From contig JADFXX010000004.1 in the NCBI GenBank assembly GCA_015233335.1, positions 79,237 to 143,236 on the forward strand: DNA of 64,000 bases. Direction: 5' to 3'. The position numbers and the translations under genes were made by a program. This DNA comes from Candidatus Omnitrophota bacterium. Lineage in GTDB: Bacteria; Omnitrophota; Gorgyraeia; Zapsychrales; Fredricksoniimonadaceae. This document shows, one piece after another, positions 37,630-47,642 of the stretch; the first letter of the stretch is position 1; every line of letters starts with the position of its first letter. The notes beneath the pieces are model-generated. The model was not told where the DNA came from. It searched no databases and worked only from the letters and a program-made list of their open reading frames with translations.

Positions 37630-39543
37630 ATGATCATGATCCCCCGTCTTCCCTTATATGTTATTTGTATAATGACGTTTTGTTCTCTTTCTTCCCTGCT
37701 TGCATGGGCTGATGATTCCTCCTTGGACCAAACAACACAACAGATCGCTTTAAATTCCAGACCAGACGCCCAAAAAGATTTTCAAGTTGACACCTCTTCA
37801 AACACTACAGACAAGCAAACCGATACTAATGATAATAAAAGCTGGGAATTCTCTCAATCTGTAAAATATTCCAGAGGTAAATACGGAACAAGCCAAGAGA
37901 GCGAAACATATGAAGAAGATTCCTCTCTTCAAAGAGATTTTGCAAACGCCATGGTTTCAGTGACAATCCCCTCACTCTGGCAGACAGGAAATGTGATCGC
38001 CACTGCCATCGGCAGACAAATCATTAATAAAAGAACTGTAAAAACAGCCACCAACTCAATTATCAGTCCTACCATCGCGGGTTTAGGGGATATTTCTTTG
38101 AGCGGCAGTTACTATCTGCTTGAAGAAGGCCGTAACTCCCCTGTTGACGTAACCCTGACCGCCTACCTTAAAACCCCTACCGCTTCAGTGAAGGATGGTC
38201 TGGGTTCAGGGGCTTGGGACGGCGGTCCCGGAATAGGATTCACTAAAAAAATAATCGACCATATTAAAGCCGTCGCTGATGCCTCATACACCTTCATCGG
38301 CAAGGTTCCCGGAGAGGAAACACGTAATCAAGTGAGTTTAGACGGCGGATTAGAATATGACATTACTCCTGCAACATCAGCTACCGTAAAATATGAATAT
38401 TCCAATGCGACGACTAAAGGGGGCCCGAATTCACAAGACATTGCCTTGTCCATAAATTACAAGATCAATGATGACTGGAAAATCAACGGTGAAGTTGATT
38501 TTGGGCTGACGCACGGCAGTGCTGATGAAACCTATCTGTTAGGGGCGAGTGTATCCTTTGCCGGCGGCATCTTAGGCCTATTACCATCCCCTAATGCTGT
38601 ATCCTCGAATACATCGGATTACCAGACCGCCTCCTCTTTCTTTGAACCGATTTCAACCCGTTTTATCTCCGACCCGCTTTTTCTGCCCCTGAAAGGACAG
38701 CTTTACGGGGCAACGGCTTATACCTACAGTCTGGCCCATTCCAGCACTTATAATTATTTAGGAAAAAACACGGCTAAGTCTTCCGTCGATACGAACACCT
38801 TTACCCAAAATATTCAGTACGGCATCTCTGATAGACTGACTCTTCGGTTGATTGACTCCTATGCATTTAACAAGGCCGCCCAATCCGTCTCTACAACCGG
38901 AGCTGTCACCAATAACAACAATGAGGGTTTTAATAACCCGACAATCGGCACGATCTACCGGGTCTTGGAACAACCCAGTTTCCCTGCCGATGTTGACCTG
39001 ACATTTAATATTTCTCCCAGCGCCTTTTCAGCCAAAGAAGCCGGCAGCGGTCGTAACGGCACAGTCGCCTCCGGCACTCAACCCATTGCTGTTGTCACAG
39101 GCATTGGACGTGAAATGAAGAATTTTACGATCGAAGGCACTTTTACCACAACCTATGTGGGGAACAAATACTATGAGTCCTACGCGAATGATGACAATTA
39201 TCTGGAGCAGGAATACTTTAACTATTCATTTGGCTTGAACACTCAAACCAGACTTACCGAACGTTTATCAATCAATCTCGGGGCAGGATATACCATTACA
39301 GACCATGCTTATCTGACCAATTTATCGACAGGGACAAAAGTGTATGTGACCATCCCCAACACATTCGACTTGACCGGCTCCATCAATTATCATTTCATCC
39401 CCAACCGGCTGGTAGGCGCATTAACCTACACCTATGACGACTACTCTACCGGGAAGAACACTTACTCGGCCGTTACATCAGACACTGAATCAAGAAACCA
39501 CTACGCCAACGTTTTCGGCGCCCGGATGCAGTATCTTTTCTAG
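37630..39543 (+). CDS. Large outer-membrane protein, apparently two beta-barrel-like modules in tandem
   Basis: 637 aa with signal peptide ...SLLAWA. The sequence shows alternating beta-strand-like patterns. An AGLGDISL motif resembles the MetA-pathway/transporter-type OMP family. The C-terminus is ARMQYLF (terminal Phe), and there is an internal ...LLGASVSF at about aa 310. Confidence 0.6.
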   Translation: MIMIPRLPLYVICIMTFCSLSSLLAWADDSSLDQTTQQIALNSRPDAQKDFQVDTSSNTTDKQTDTNDNKSWEFSQSVKYSRGKYGTSQESETYEEDSSLQRDFANAMVSVTIPSLWQTGNVIATAIGRQIINKRTVKTATNSIISPTIAGLGDISLSGSYYLLEEGRNSPVDVTLTAYLKTPTASVKDGLGSGAWDGGPGIGFTKKIIDHIKAVADASYTFIGKVPGEETRNQVSLDGGLEYDITPATSATVKYEYSNATTKGGPNSQDIALSINYKINDDWKINGEVDFGLTHGSADETYLLGASVSFAGGILGLLPSPNAVSSNTSDYQTASSFFEPISTRFISDPLFLPLKGQLYGATAYTYSLAHSSTYNYLGKNTAKSSVDTNTFTQNIQYGISDRLTLRLIDSYAFNKAAQSVSTTGAVTNNNNEGFNNPTIGTIYRVLEQPSFPADVDLTFNISPSAFSAKEAGSGRNGTVASGTQPIAVVTGIGREMKNFTIEGTFTTTYVGNKYYESYANDDNYLEQEYFNYSFGLNTQTRLTERLSINLGAGYTITDHAYLTNLSTGTKVYVTIPNTFDLTGSINYHFIPNRLVGALTYTYDDYSTGKNTYSAVTSDTESRNHYANVFGARMQYLF

Positions 39544-39560
39544 CATTTTAGCATTCACTC

Positions 39561-39779
39561 CTAATAATAAATAGTAGCCGGAGCCGTGTCATTTTGTTTA
39601 TTTTTTAAATAATCAAATTGCATGCCCTTGGCCGAACCTCGCTGCGTGACACGTTCGGTTTCGGTTGTTTCAATCACCTTCCCGTTAGCGTCTTTCTTCA
39701 CCTGAACTTCCTTTGTAACCAAGGTCGTGACACACCCTGACAAGGCTAAGCACATCAATATAATAAGAGTTCTGTTCAT
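39561..39779 (-). CDS. Small lipoprotein, unknown function
   Basis: 72 aa from the internal ATG at 39779. The lipobox is LALSGC. The upstream part of the track ORF has no support. Confidence 0.5.
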   Translation of the reverse strand: MNRTLIILMCLALSGCVTTLVTKEVQVKKDANGKVIETTETERVTQRGSAKGMQFDYLKNKQNDTAPATIYY

Positions 39780-39903
39780 AAAAATCCTCCTGTTTAGTTC
39801 AATATAATATTTTCTCTGATAATATTCAATCAAAATAACTAGCGGCAAAGACTTTATCGTTCTAAAATAATATCCGATATTGTACTTACGAATGGAGATC
39901 CCT

Positions 39904-41223
39904 ATGTCCTTTTTATACGAACTGCTTATAATTCTCATCATGATCATTTTAAACGCTGTTTTTGCGGCGTACGAAATGGCTCTAGCTTCTATCTCACGGA
40001 CTAAACTCACATACTTAGTTCAAACCAAAAAAAAAGGCGCCCTTGAAGCATTGTTCATGAAAGATCGCATGGAGGCAAGTTTAGCAGTTGTGGAACTAGG
40101 GGTCACCCTGTTTGGCTCGATCGCGGCTGCCATAGGGGGTGCCGGCATCACAAAAACGCTTAATCCATATTTCCAGAATAGCTTCGGGGTATCAAAAGAA
40201 ATTGCGGAATTCTTAAGTTTGGTCACCTTGATCATCCCTTTAAGCGGTTTTACCATCATATTTGCCGAACTGATCCCTAAAACTTACGCGATCAAAAACA
40301 GTGAACAGGTGATCCTGAAATTGTCCAAAATGATGAAATATTTCTCAGTGATCGCCTATCCCCTTGTTTCTTCCTTGGAAAATATCGTTAAAACAGCAAT
40401 TCAATTCATTAGTAAAAAAATACCCGCTGACAGCTCAGGCCCCGACACTCAAAGCAGCCTGCATGAGTTGACAGCGGCACTGTCCTTAGCCAGGACCTCA
40501 CGCTTAATCGGCGCCCAACAGGAAAAAATTGTTATGTCCGCGGCCCAACTCTCTTTAAGGCCCATCAAAGACATTACCATCCCCGCCGCTGACATATGCA
40601 TGATCCCCCAAGACAGCTCCCTGGCAGATGCTTTGATCCAGGCCCATCTGGATATGCATACCCGCTTCCCTGTTTGTCGGGTTACGGGCGACCCTCAGAC
40701 GGTCCAGGGATACGTTAATTTCAAAGATATTATTGGGGCGCTTAAGATTAATCCCGAAGATCCTACGATCAGGGGGATTATTCGTCCTATCATGAAATTT
40801 CCGGATACAGGCCCCATCTCAAAGGTATTAGAAAGAATGATCCAGGAAAAACTGCACATCGGGATGATCGAAGATGCACAGGGACAGATCATAGGCATGA
40901 TCACACAGGAAGACATCATTGAAGAACTAGTCGGAGAAATAGAGGATGAATTTGACCGCCTTCCGGGCCATATCCTTCCTTACGGCAATCAATGGTTGAT
41001 CGGCGGAGCTGTTCTGATGTCAGGGGTCGCTAAGACTCTCGGGATAGACCCCGCGCTTTCCTTGGGCAATGAAGGCGATTTAAGATTGGCCGACTGGTGT
41101 CAGCGCCGATCGATAAAACCTTTCAATGGCGGCGAAATTATTTCCGGAAACGGTTTTCAGGTGACTGTCAGAAAACTACGAAGAAAAAAGATCAGCGAAG
41201 CATTTATTGCTAAAACTTCTTAA
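39904..41223 (+). CDS. CNNM/CorC-HlyC family transporter (DUF21 plus CBS pair plus CorC_HlyC)
   Basis: ATG at 39904 preceded by GGAG. The DUF21 N-terminus is LIILIMIILNAVFAAYEMALASIS. A CBS region and a C-terminal transporter-associated domain follow. Confidence 0.85.
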   Translation: MSFLYELLIILIMIILNAVFAAYEMALASISRTKLTYLVQTKKKGALEALFMKDRMEASLAVVELGVTLFGSIAAAIGGAGITKTLNPYFQNSFGVSKEIAEFLSLVTLIIPLSGFTIIFAELIPKTYAIKNSEQVILKLSKMMKYFSVIAYPLVSSLENIVKTAIQFISKKIPADSSGPDTQSSLHELTAALSLARTSRLIGAQQEKIVMSAAQLSLRPIKDITIPAADICMIPQDSSLADALIQAHLDMHTRFPVCRVTGDPQTVQGYVNFKDIIGALKINPEDPTIRGIIRPIMKFPDTGPISKVLERMIQEKLHIGMIEDAQGQIIGMITQEDIIEELVGEIEDEFDRLPGHILPYGNQWLIGGAVLMSGVAKTLGIDPALSLGNEGDLRLADWCQRRSIKPFNGGEIISGNGFQVTVRKLRRKKISEAFIAKTS

Positions 41224-42844
41224 GGCTACGAAACCCTGCCACTACATCAGAGATGTTCTGGTAAAACGCGTCCTCCCCCATCAATCCGGTGATCTCATAG
41301 CGATCAAGCTCGGCCCTGACAGGATCAATGACATTGGCCCAAACAAGACGAACCCCTCTTTCTTTAAGAATACCGTGGATTTCGCGCAGGGTTTCAGCCC
41401 CAGAAAAATCCACATCAGCGACCGCTGAAGCATCAACGCAAAGCCATGACAAAGGGGGTTGGGCCCCTTCGGCCAAGCCAATGACCTGTTCGAAAAGCTG
41501 TTGGGCATTGGCATAATAGATCGTGTGCGCAAAACGGTACAATAAAAGTCCGGGCAAAACCTGCTGGGGAGTACTCACCGGCAGGATCCGCCAGGCATTC
41601 GTGGTCTTATCCACTGTCAAGACGGCATTCTGAGACTGGTAACTGTGGCGCACATGCTCCATAAGGGAAAGCACCATCGCAATGACGATGCCCTGCTCAA
41701 CACCGATCAGGACAACCACGACGGTCGTGATCAGCGCCACCCAAAACTCACATGGCCTTTGACACCAGACTTTGCGCATTCCCTGGATATCGATCAATTG
41801 CAGGCCAATGAGAAAAACCACCGCAGAAAGGACAGCATTGGGCATACTCGCAAGCGGACCTGTAAAAAAAAGCAGGACTAAAAGGACGATCAGGCTCGTG
41901 ATGATCTGGGACAACTGAGTACGGCCGCCGGCGCCATCGACCATTTGTGTCTTGGTCGGACTTCCGTTGACTATAAAGGTTGAGGACAACGCGGCGCCGA
42001 TGTTAGCCAACCCTAAACCGACCAGATCCGTATTCTCGTTAAAAGGTTCGTTATATCGTGCCGCATAGGCCCTCGAGGTCGCGGCGCTTTGGGCCAAAAT
42101 CACGATAAACATTGAAAAAGCCGTAGGAAGCATCTGTAAAACCAGATCAATCGACCAAGGGGCATCCGGCAAACCGATCCGGGGCAACCCGCGAGGCACT
42201 TCACCCAGAGTATGGACCCCGTGGGCTTTTAAATCAAATACAATACTGACAACAACCATGCCAACCACGGCAATGAGCGCTCCCGGTATTTTCTTTGAAA
42301 ACTTCTCCGCTCCCAAAATAATTCCGATCACAACAATCGATATCGCCAAATCATAAAAATTAATCACGCCCTGCCAGGCACCCGAGAGGCCCAGCATACC
42401 GGGGGCTTCGCTAAAGGCCACATGGAAGCCGACCCCAGTCAAAAACCCGATCAGAACGGTCCTTGAAAGAAAATCCGCCATAAAACCCAGTCCGATCACA
42501 CGCGCGAAGATCAATAGGCCGGCCGACATTAACGCCAAGACTCCGGCGAGTGCCATATACTCATGGGATCCCGCTGCGGCAAGGGGTCCCAATCCCGCCG
42601 CAAGAATGGCCGCGGTCGCTGAATCAGCAGAAACAACTAAATGGCGGGACGAACCAAAGATGGCATACAAAACCATAGGAATAAGCAGGGTATATAAACC
42701 GGTAATGACCGGTGTGCCGGCAATCTTAGTGTAACCCATCACTTCAGGGATTGCCAGGGCGGCCAGGGTGAGGCCCGCGATCACTTCATTGGACAAACCG
42801 GACTTTTTAATGGGAAGAGCCCCTTGAAGGATGGAAAAACGCAT
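41210..42844 (-). CDS. SulP-family anion permease with C-terminal STAS domain
   Basis: About 544 aa from the ATG at 42844. AGLTLAALAIPEVMGYTKIAG is a SulP signature. The STAS-like C-terminus contains VDFSGAETL. The start is 1 nt after the PPK2 stop. Confidence 0.88.
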   Translation of the reverse strand: MRFSILQGALPIKKSGLSNEVIAGLTLAALAIPEVMGYTKIAGTPVITGLYTLLIPMVLYAIFGSSRHLVVSADSATAAILAAGLGPLAAAGSHEYMALAGVLALMSAGLLIFARVIGLGFMADFLSRTVLIGFLTGVGFHVAFSEAPGMLGLSGAWQGVINFYDLAISIVVIGIILGAEKFSKKIPGALIAVVGMVVVSIVFDLKAHGVHTLGEVPRGLPRIGLPDAPWSIDLVLQMLPTAFSMFIVILAQSAATSRAYAARYNEPFNENTDLVGLGLANIGAALSSTFIVNGSPTKTQMVDGAGGRTQLSQIITSLIVLLVLLFFTGPLASMPNAVLSAVVFLIGLQLIDIQGMRKVWCQRPCEFWVALITTVVVVLIGVEQGIVIAMVLSLMEHVRHSYQSQNAVLTVDKTTNAWRILPVSTPQQVLPGLLLYRFAHTIYYANAQQLFEQVIGLAEGAQPPLSWLCVDASAVADVDFSGAETLREIHGILKERGVRLVWANVIDPVRAELDRYEITGLMGEDAFYQNISDVVAGFRSLKKF

Positions 42845-42845
42845 T

Positions 42846-43670
42846 TCAATAGACCATCGGTACAAAGGTTTGACTATTGATAGGAGGTCTGACATACCCG
42901 GTATCAGATTGGCGTCTCGGCAATTTAACCGGTGGTAAAGGAAGGTTCCTATAAGGGATCTGCGTTAACAGATGATGGATGCAATTAAGACGGGCGCTTT
43001 TTTTGTTATCCGCATCCACCACCCGCCATGGGGCCTCTTTAATATCGGTATATTTAAACATCTGGTCCTTGGCCTTAGAATACTCCACCCATTTCGCCCG
43101 GGATTGCATATCCATGGGGCTTAATTTCCAACGCTTGGTGGGGTCCTGCAGGCGCGCCTGAAAACGCTTCTCCTGTTCTTCATCACTGACCGAAAACCAA
43201 TATTTTAAAAGGATGATCCCCGAGCGGATGAGCATGCGCTCAAATTCCGGGCAGCTGCGAAAAAACTCCTCATACTCTTTGTCTGAACAAAAACCCATGA
43301 CATGTTCAACCCCGGCGCGGTTATACCAACTGCGGTCAAAAAGCACCATCTCGCCGCTGGCCGGAAGATGTGCCGCATAGCGCTGAAAATACCACTGCGT
43401 TTTCTCTTTTTCCGTCGGCACTCCAAGGGCGACGATACGGCAGATGCGGGGATTCAGATGCTCGGCAACCCGTTTGATCACTCCCCCTTTACCGGCGGCA
43501 TCCCTGCCTTCAAAGATCACCACCACCTTAAGGCCGCGGGCCTTGATCCATTCCTGCAATTTGACTAACTCCATCTGCAAACCGAACAGCTCCTGCTCAT
43601 AAAATTTCTTTTTAGCCTTTTTCTGGACATTTTTATCCTGCAATATTTTCTTATGCTCATGCTTTTTCAT
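42846..43670 (-). CDS. ppk2: Polyphosphate kinase 2 (single-domain PPK2)
   Basis: About 274 aa from the ATG at 43670. Motifs: FEGRDAAGKGG (Walker A) and FDRSWYNR. The start overlaps the upstream gene's stop (ATGA). Confidence 0.88.
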   Translation of the reverse strand: MKKHEHKKILQDKNVQKKAKKKFYEQELFGLQMELVKLQEWIKARGLKVVVIFEGRDAAGKGGVIKRVAEHLNPRICRIVALGVPTEKEKTQWYFQRYAAHLPASGEMVLFDRSWYNRAGVEHVMGFCSDKEYEEFFRSCPEFERMLIRSGIILLKYWFSVSDEEQEKRFQARLQDPTKRWKLSPMDMQSRAKWVEYSKAKDQMFKYTDIKEAPWRVVDADNKKSARLNCIHHLLTQIPYRNLPLPPVKLPRRQSDTGYVRPPINSQTFVPMVY

Positions 43671-44041
43671 CTTTGTCCTTTCATCACCCTTGCCATAAAG
43701 ACGGCCATAAATAAAATTTCCGCAATAAGGGATGCCACACCCATCGGTTCGAACCATGCATCAGGTTCGGCTGGGACATAGGGCAACCCCACCGTGCGGC
43801 TCATGACATACCCGATTAAAGATGCAGTCGCAATAAAAATTCCAAGAGTCCAGCCCCAGTCATGTTTGCAATAAATACCAAACGAAGCAACCAAGGCCGC
43901 CGCGCCATTCGCATAAAAAAGCCAACCTTTATAAACAGCATCGCTCATGCTGTCTTTCGCATCGATCACATGAATAAGGCCTATGATCAAAATCAGCACA
44001 ATACCAAACCACAAAAATATTTTTGGTGTTTTAGTCATCAT
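43667..44041 (-). CDS. Small 4-TM membrane protein, unknown function
   Basis: 124 aa with four hydrophobic segments. It is translationally coupled to ppk2. Confidence 0.5.
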   Translation of the reverse strand: MMTKTPKIFLWFGIVLILIIGLIHVIDAKDSMSDAVYKGWLFYANGAAALVASFGIYCKHDWGWTLGIFIATASLIGYVMSRTVGLPYVPAEPDAWFEPMGVASLIAEILFMAVFMARVMKGQR

Positions 44042-44094
44042 GGGGGCATACGACGGAGGCTTTCATCACAGGGGCCTGGCTCGATCCTGAGCAA

Positions 44095-44544
44095 TCAGTG
44101 CCGCTCGTTCAAAGCCCTCCTTGAATCCTGTTGCTTTAGCTTCTGCATTTCAAGCCGGTCTTTAAGCGCCTCTGCCTGAATATCCTGTCCCTCGTGGATC
44201 TGACGCTGCATATCCCTGGCGTCTTGTTCTTTCTGCCGGGTGTCCGCCGCCAACTGTTTGGGGTCCTGCCCTGTGATCATCGTCGAAAATTGACTCTGCA
44301 TATTTTGGATGCCCTGATTGACACGATCCATAAAATTGCTTACTAAAAAACTTATATAATGCCAATTCCGGGTGATTTCAGAGGTTTGATTGTGAGAAGA
44401 GGTGCAGTCCGTGATAATGGTTTTAGTCCCTCCTGAATCTTCAATCTGATGTGTACAGGTACGCTCGGCGAATGCCGAAGGGTCAGTCACAGCAACAAAT
44501 AAAAATAAAAGAAATGTTATGCTCAGGAATTTTCTTCTGTTCAT
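44095..44544 (-). CDS. Secreted protein, unknown function
   Basis: 149 aa with signal peptide ...DPSAFA, two Cys near the N-terminus, and a Q/D/E/R-rich helical C-terminus. Confidence 0.45.
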   Translation of the reverse strand: MNRRKFLSITFLLFLFVAVTDPSAFAERTCTHQIEDSGGTKTIITDCTSSHNQTSEITRNWHYISFLVSNFMDRVNQGIQNMQSQFSTMITGQDPKQLAADTRQKEQDARDMQRQIHEGQDIQAEALKDRLEMQKLKQQDSRRALNERH

Positions 44545-44559
44545 GTCTGTTCTCCCGGC

Positions 44560-45204
44560 TCAAATGTAATAAATATTAGCCAAGTAAAACGTAATGTTGG
44601 ACTGATTTTCTTTGGCCGTTCCCACCCAGGCAAAGCCTCCGATAATATGGGACAAATTCTTGCCGGTCAGGTCGATCGAATATTCTTTCCAATCCTGTGT
44701 CAAGGCAACAGATTCCTTCGTCGCCGAATCAGAATCAGGATAGGGATGGCCCATCCCGACCCCTCCCATTTTAAAAGTCACGACCTCACCACCCTTTTCT
44801 CCTCTGGCCCAAAAAACCAGCTTATGGGCTCCTGCTAAATTAAATCCTCCTTTAACCTCTCCCCAATTATTAGCAGGCTCAAGCCAATATACACCGGCCC
44901 ACCCGGAACTTGTGGCCGTACAATCTCTGTCAAACTTAGCCTGAATACAGCTTCTGTTCCCCCCGCAATTTTCAATCCATACATCATTGATCTGGACACA
45001 TCTGCCGTCGGGCATAAAACCGGAAGCAGCAAAATGGTTAGGAGAAGGTTTATCCTTATAAACATAAAATTTTTCAAATTCTTTTGATTTTGAGGAATCC
45101 GCATTCTGATCTGCATGGGATAAGGGGATCAAAAAGAAAAAGCAAACGGCAAAAATAACTAAAGACTTAAAGAAAATACACGCTTTTTTATCAAGTTTAA
45201 GCAT
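44560..45204 (-). CDS. Secreted beta-sandwich-like (carbohydrate-binding-module-like) protein
   Basis: 214 aa with a signal peptide and 5 Cys. The pattern GWAGVYW...NWG...FWARGEKGGE...WKEYSIDL resembles CBM-type modules. This was judged by eye only. Confidence 0.45.
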   Translation of the reverse strand: MLKLDKKACIFFKSLVIFAVCFFFLIPLSHADQNADSSKSKEFEKFYVYKDKPSPNHFAASGFMPDGRCVQINDVWIENCGGNRSCIQAKFDRDCTATSSGWAGVYWLEPANNWGEVKGGFNLAGAHKLVFWARGEKGGEVVTFKMGGVGMGHPYPDSDSATKESVALTQDWKEYSIDLTGKNLSHIIGGFAWVGTAKENQSNITFYLANIYYI

Positions 45205-45315
45205 ACAACAAGTCTCCTTTTTGATTTTAGTAATATATCAAAGTGTACCATCCATACCCAAATAATGCCAATTTTTTGTATTTCCAGGGAGGTTTAATAA
45301 AAAGCGGCTTTCCCC

Positions 45316-47046
45316 TTAGCCAAAGGTAAAAGCATAGACAAGAATGCCGTCATTCTTAAACTCAAGACGCAGGAGGTGGGGCTCAATCTTCCCTTTGAAA
45401 TCAAGCAGATGGTAAAGCCTCTCTTCATCAAGAATGACCCTGCCATCCTTGAGGTCCGCGCCTGCCTGCGAGGGGTCTGCCGGCCTGTCATCAATAAAAA
45501 CCTGAATCTGATCGCCCCTAGAACCGGGGCCAACAACCAAAAAGACCTTATCAGCCTTGAAATGCAGCAATAACGCAGAACCCTTTTGTGCTTTTGCCGA
45601 TTCATTATTAATATCCCAACGGCCTTCATACGCAAAGGTGTGCAAGGCAAGAAAAGCCGGATGAGTAAAAGTTTGTGCTCCTCCTACAATCCTCTCATTG
45701 GAAGCAAAACGGTCTATTCTGGCCCTTCCAAGATATGTTTCAGGGGTAAGAGCATCATGTGGCGTTATGTCCGGATTTGCGCTGACGGGAACGTCAAGAA
45801 TTTGTCCTGATTCTTTTAAAAGCTGTCTTATGCTAAGCTCCATTCGCTCATAATGCCCTTCCCCAAAATGAATGTGTCGGATATTCCCCTTACGATCGAT
45901 GAGATATTCTGCAGGCCAATAATGATTTTTATAAGCCTGCCATGTTCCATAATTATTGTCCAAAGCAACAGGATAATTGATCTTGAACTCCCGAAGGGCG
46001 TTTTGAACATTATGAGGCTCCTTCTCAAAAGCAAATTCAGGGGTATGAACGCCAATGACAATAAAATTCTTATCCTTATATCTCTCGTACCAATCTGTCA
46101 CATGAGGAAGAGTCCTTACACAATTAACGCAACTATAGGTCCAGAAATCAACCAGTACGACCTTACCTCGAAGTTGTGCCATAGTCAAAGCAGGGCTATT
46201 AAGCCAAAAACTGATCCCCGTCAGTTCCGGCGCAGGTCCCATATCAGAAAGGCCCTCTACAGATTTAGATGTCCTGTTGCTCGTCTCTCCTTCCCCGCGA
46301 AGCTTCCCAAGCTGACGAGCCACCTGGTCATTATTCTCAACCCTGCTTAAGAAATTTCCATAAGAAGGAAATAGATCAAGGATCTTAACCTGTATGACCT
46401 TGTCATAATTAGTATAGATCAGTAGGGCCGCAACGATCATGATAAACCCAAACACCTGTTGAACGACACCGGTATACTTGGTCACCTGACGCATTTTGAC
46501 AAAAACTTTTGATCCTGCTAAAGAAAAAAAGTATAAGGGAATTCCCAGTCCGCAGACATAGGTCAAGGTTACCAATATCACTCTGGCATCCACAGCTTGT
46601 GTAGCGGCCAATGTGGCTATGGTCGCAAGAATCGGTCCTGCGCAAGGGGCCCAAACAAGTCCAATGGAAAAACCGGTCATGTATCCGGCGCCAAAACCTG
46701 CGCCCTGTTTTTTGAGTTTATTTTGAAAGGGGCTGAGAATTTGATTAACAAAGGTCTCAAACCGGGCTCCCAAGGCAGGAATCATCATCGATATCCCCAA
46801 AAGTCCGATGATGATAACCGCTAACAGGCGAAAAACATTAGCATCCAGATGAAAAATCTTTTCCAGATAAGAAATAAAAAGAGTAAAGACGCTAAAGCTT
46901 GTCATGACCCCTAAGGTAATCCCTAAGGGCCTTTGTCTGCCCGCTTGGGAAGATGCGGAAAGGACAATGGGCAGCAGCGGCCAAATACACGGTGCCAAAA
47001 TCGTGACAAACCCTGCAAGGAATGAAAACAAAAACAATACGGACAT
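45316..47046 (-). CDS. dipZ: DipZ-type thiol:disulfide interchange protein (CcdA/DsbD membrane domain plus thioredoxin-like plus DipZ C-terminal domain)
   Basis: 576 aa. Membrane-embedded Cys occur in ILAPCIWP and VWAPCAGP. The periplasmic thioredoxin fold carries WTYSCVNC. Confidence 0.85.
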   Translation of the reverse strand: MSVLFLFSFLAGFVTILAPCIWPLLPIVLSASSQAGRQRPLGITLGVMTSFSVFTLFISYLEKIFHLDANVFRLLAVIIIGLLGISMMIPALGARFETFVNQILSPFQNKLKKQGAGFGAGYMTGFSIGLVWAPCAGPILATIATLAATQAVDARVILVTLTYVCGLGIPLYFFSLAGSKVFVKMRQVTKYTGVVQQVFGFIMIVAALLIYTNYDKVIQVKILDLFPSYGNFLSRVENNDQVARQLGKLRGEGETSNRTSKSVEGLSDMGPAPELTGISFWLNSPALTMAQLRGKVVLVDFWTYSCVNCVRTLPHVTDWYERYKDKNFIVIGVHTPEFAFEKEPHNVQNALREFKINYPVALDNNYGTWQAYKNHYWPAEYLIDRKGNIRHIHFGEGHYERMELSIRQLLKESGQILDVPVSANPDITPHDALTPETYLGRARIDRFASNERIVGGAQTFTHPAFLALHTFAYEGRWDINNESAKAQKGSALLLHFKADKVFLVVGPGSRGDQIQVFIDDRPADPSQAGADLKDGRVILDEERLYHLLDFKGKIEPHLLRLEFKNDGILVYAFTFG

Positions 47047-47056
47047 ATCCCCCTCG

Positions 47057-47563
47057 TTAGAAACTGCCCAGATAGTCCTTTTTGCCTATGTCAACGCCGT
47101 TATGACGGATGATGGCATAAGCGATCGAGGCATGAAAATAAAGATTAGGCAGCACAAAATTTAATAAATAAGGCTGTCCTTGAAAACTCGCTTCTTTCCC
47201 CCCCATCTTTAAAGTGATGAGACGCTCTTCAGAACCGTTGATCTGCTCGGCTTTAAATTTTTTTAAAAACTCAATAGTTTTTTCGATCCGGGCATACAAC
47301 TCCGGAAAAGTTTTCTCTGTATCCGGGTAACTGGGGATCTCAACTCCTGCCAAACGTGCGCCGGCGCCTTTGACAACATCGCTGACAATTTGTATTTGAC
47401 GCGACAACGGAAACATGTCCGGTGCGAGTCGGGCATTAATAAAAACTTCCGGCTCAATTTTACGAGACAGCGCATGGGCTTCTGCTTTTTTCAGAACTCC
47501 TGATAAATTGTTTAATTGACGGATTGAAGCAGGGATCAAAACTTCATACATGGACAGAGACAT
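47057..47563 (-). CDS. DUF1993 family protein
   Basis: 168 aa. The four-helix-bundle-like sequence MYEVLIPASIRQLNNLSGVLKKAEAHA...RLAPDMFPLSRQIQ is typical of DUF1993. Confidence 0.75.
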   Translation of the reverse strand: MSLSMYEVLIPASIRQLNNLSGVLKKAEAHALSRKIEPEVFINARLAPDMFPLSRQIQIVSDVVKGAGARLAGVEIPSYPDTEKTFPELYARIEKTIEFLKKFKAEQINGSEERLITLKMGGKEASFQGQPYLLNFVLPNLYFHASIAYAIIRHNGVDIGKKDYLGSF

Positions 47564-47642
47564 AGGCCAACTCCTTTACGATGATTAGACGTGTCATTGC
47601 GAGCGAAGCGAAGCAATCTTTCAGGTGCATTGGCAAAGCAGC

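Noticed and set aside
41210-41223. Convergent 3'-end overlaps: CNNM and SulP by 14 nt, and nitroreductase and GT39 by 29 nt at 53886-53914.
   Set aside because: Short convergent overlaps are common in compact genomes. There is no evidence of a regulatory role.
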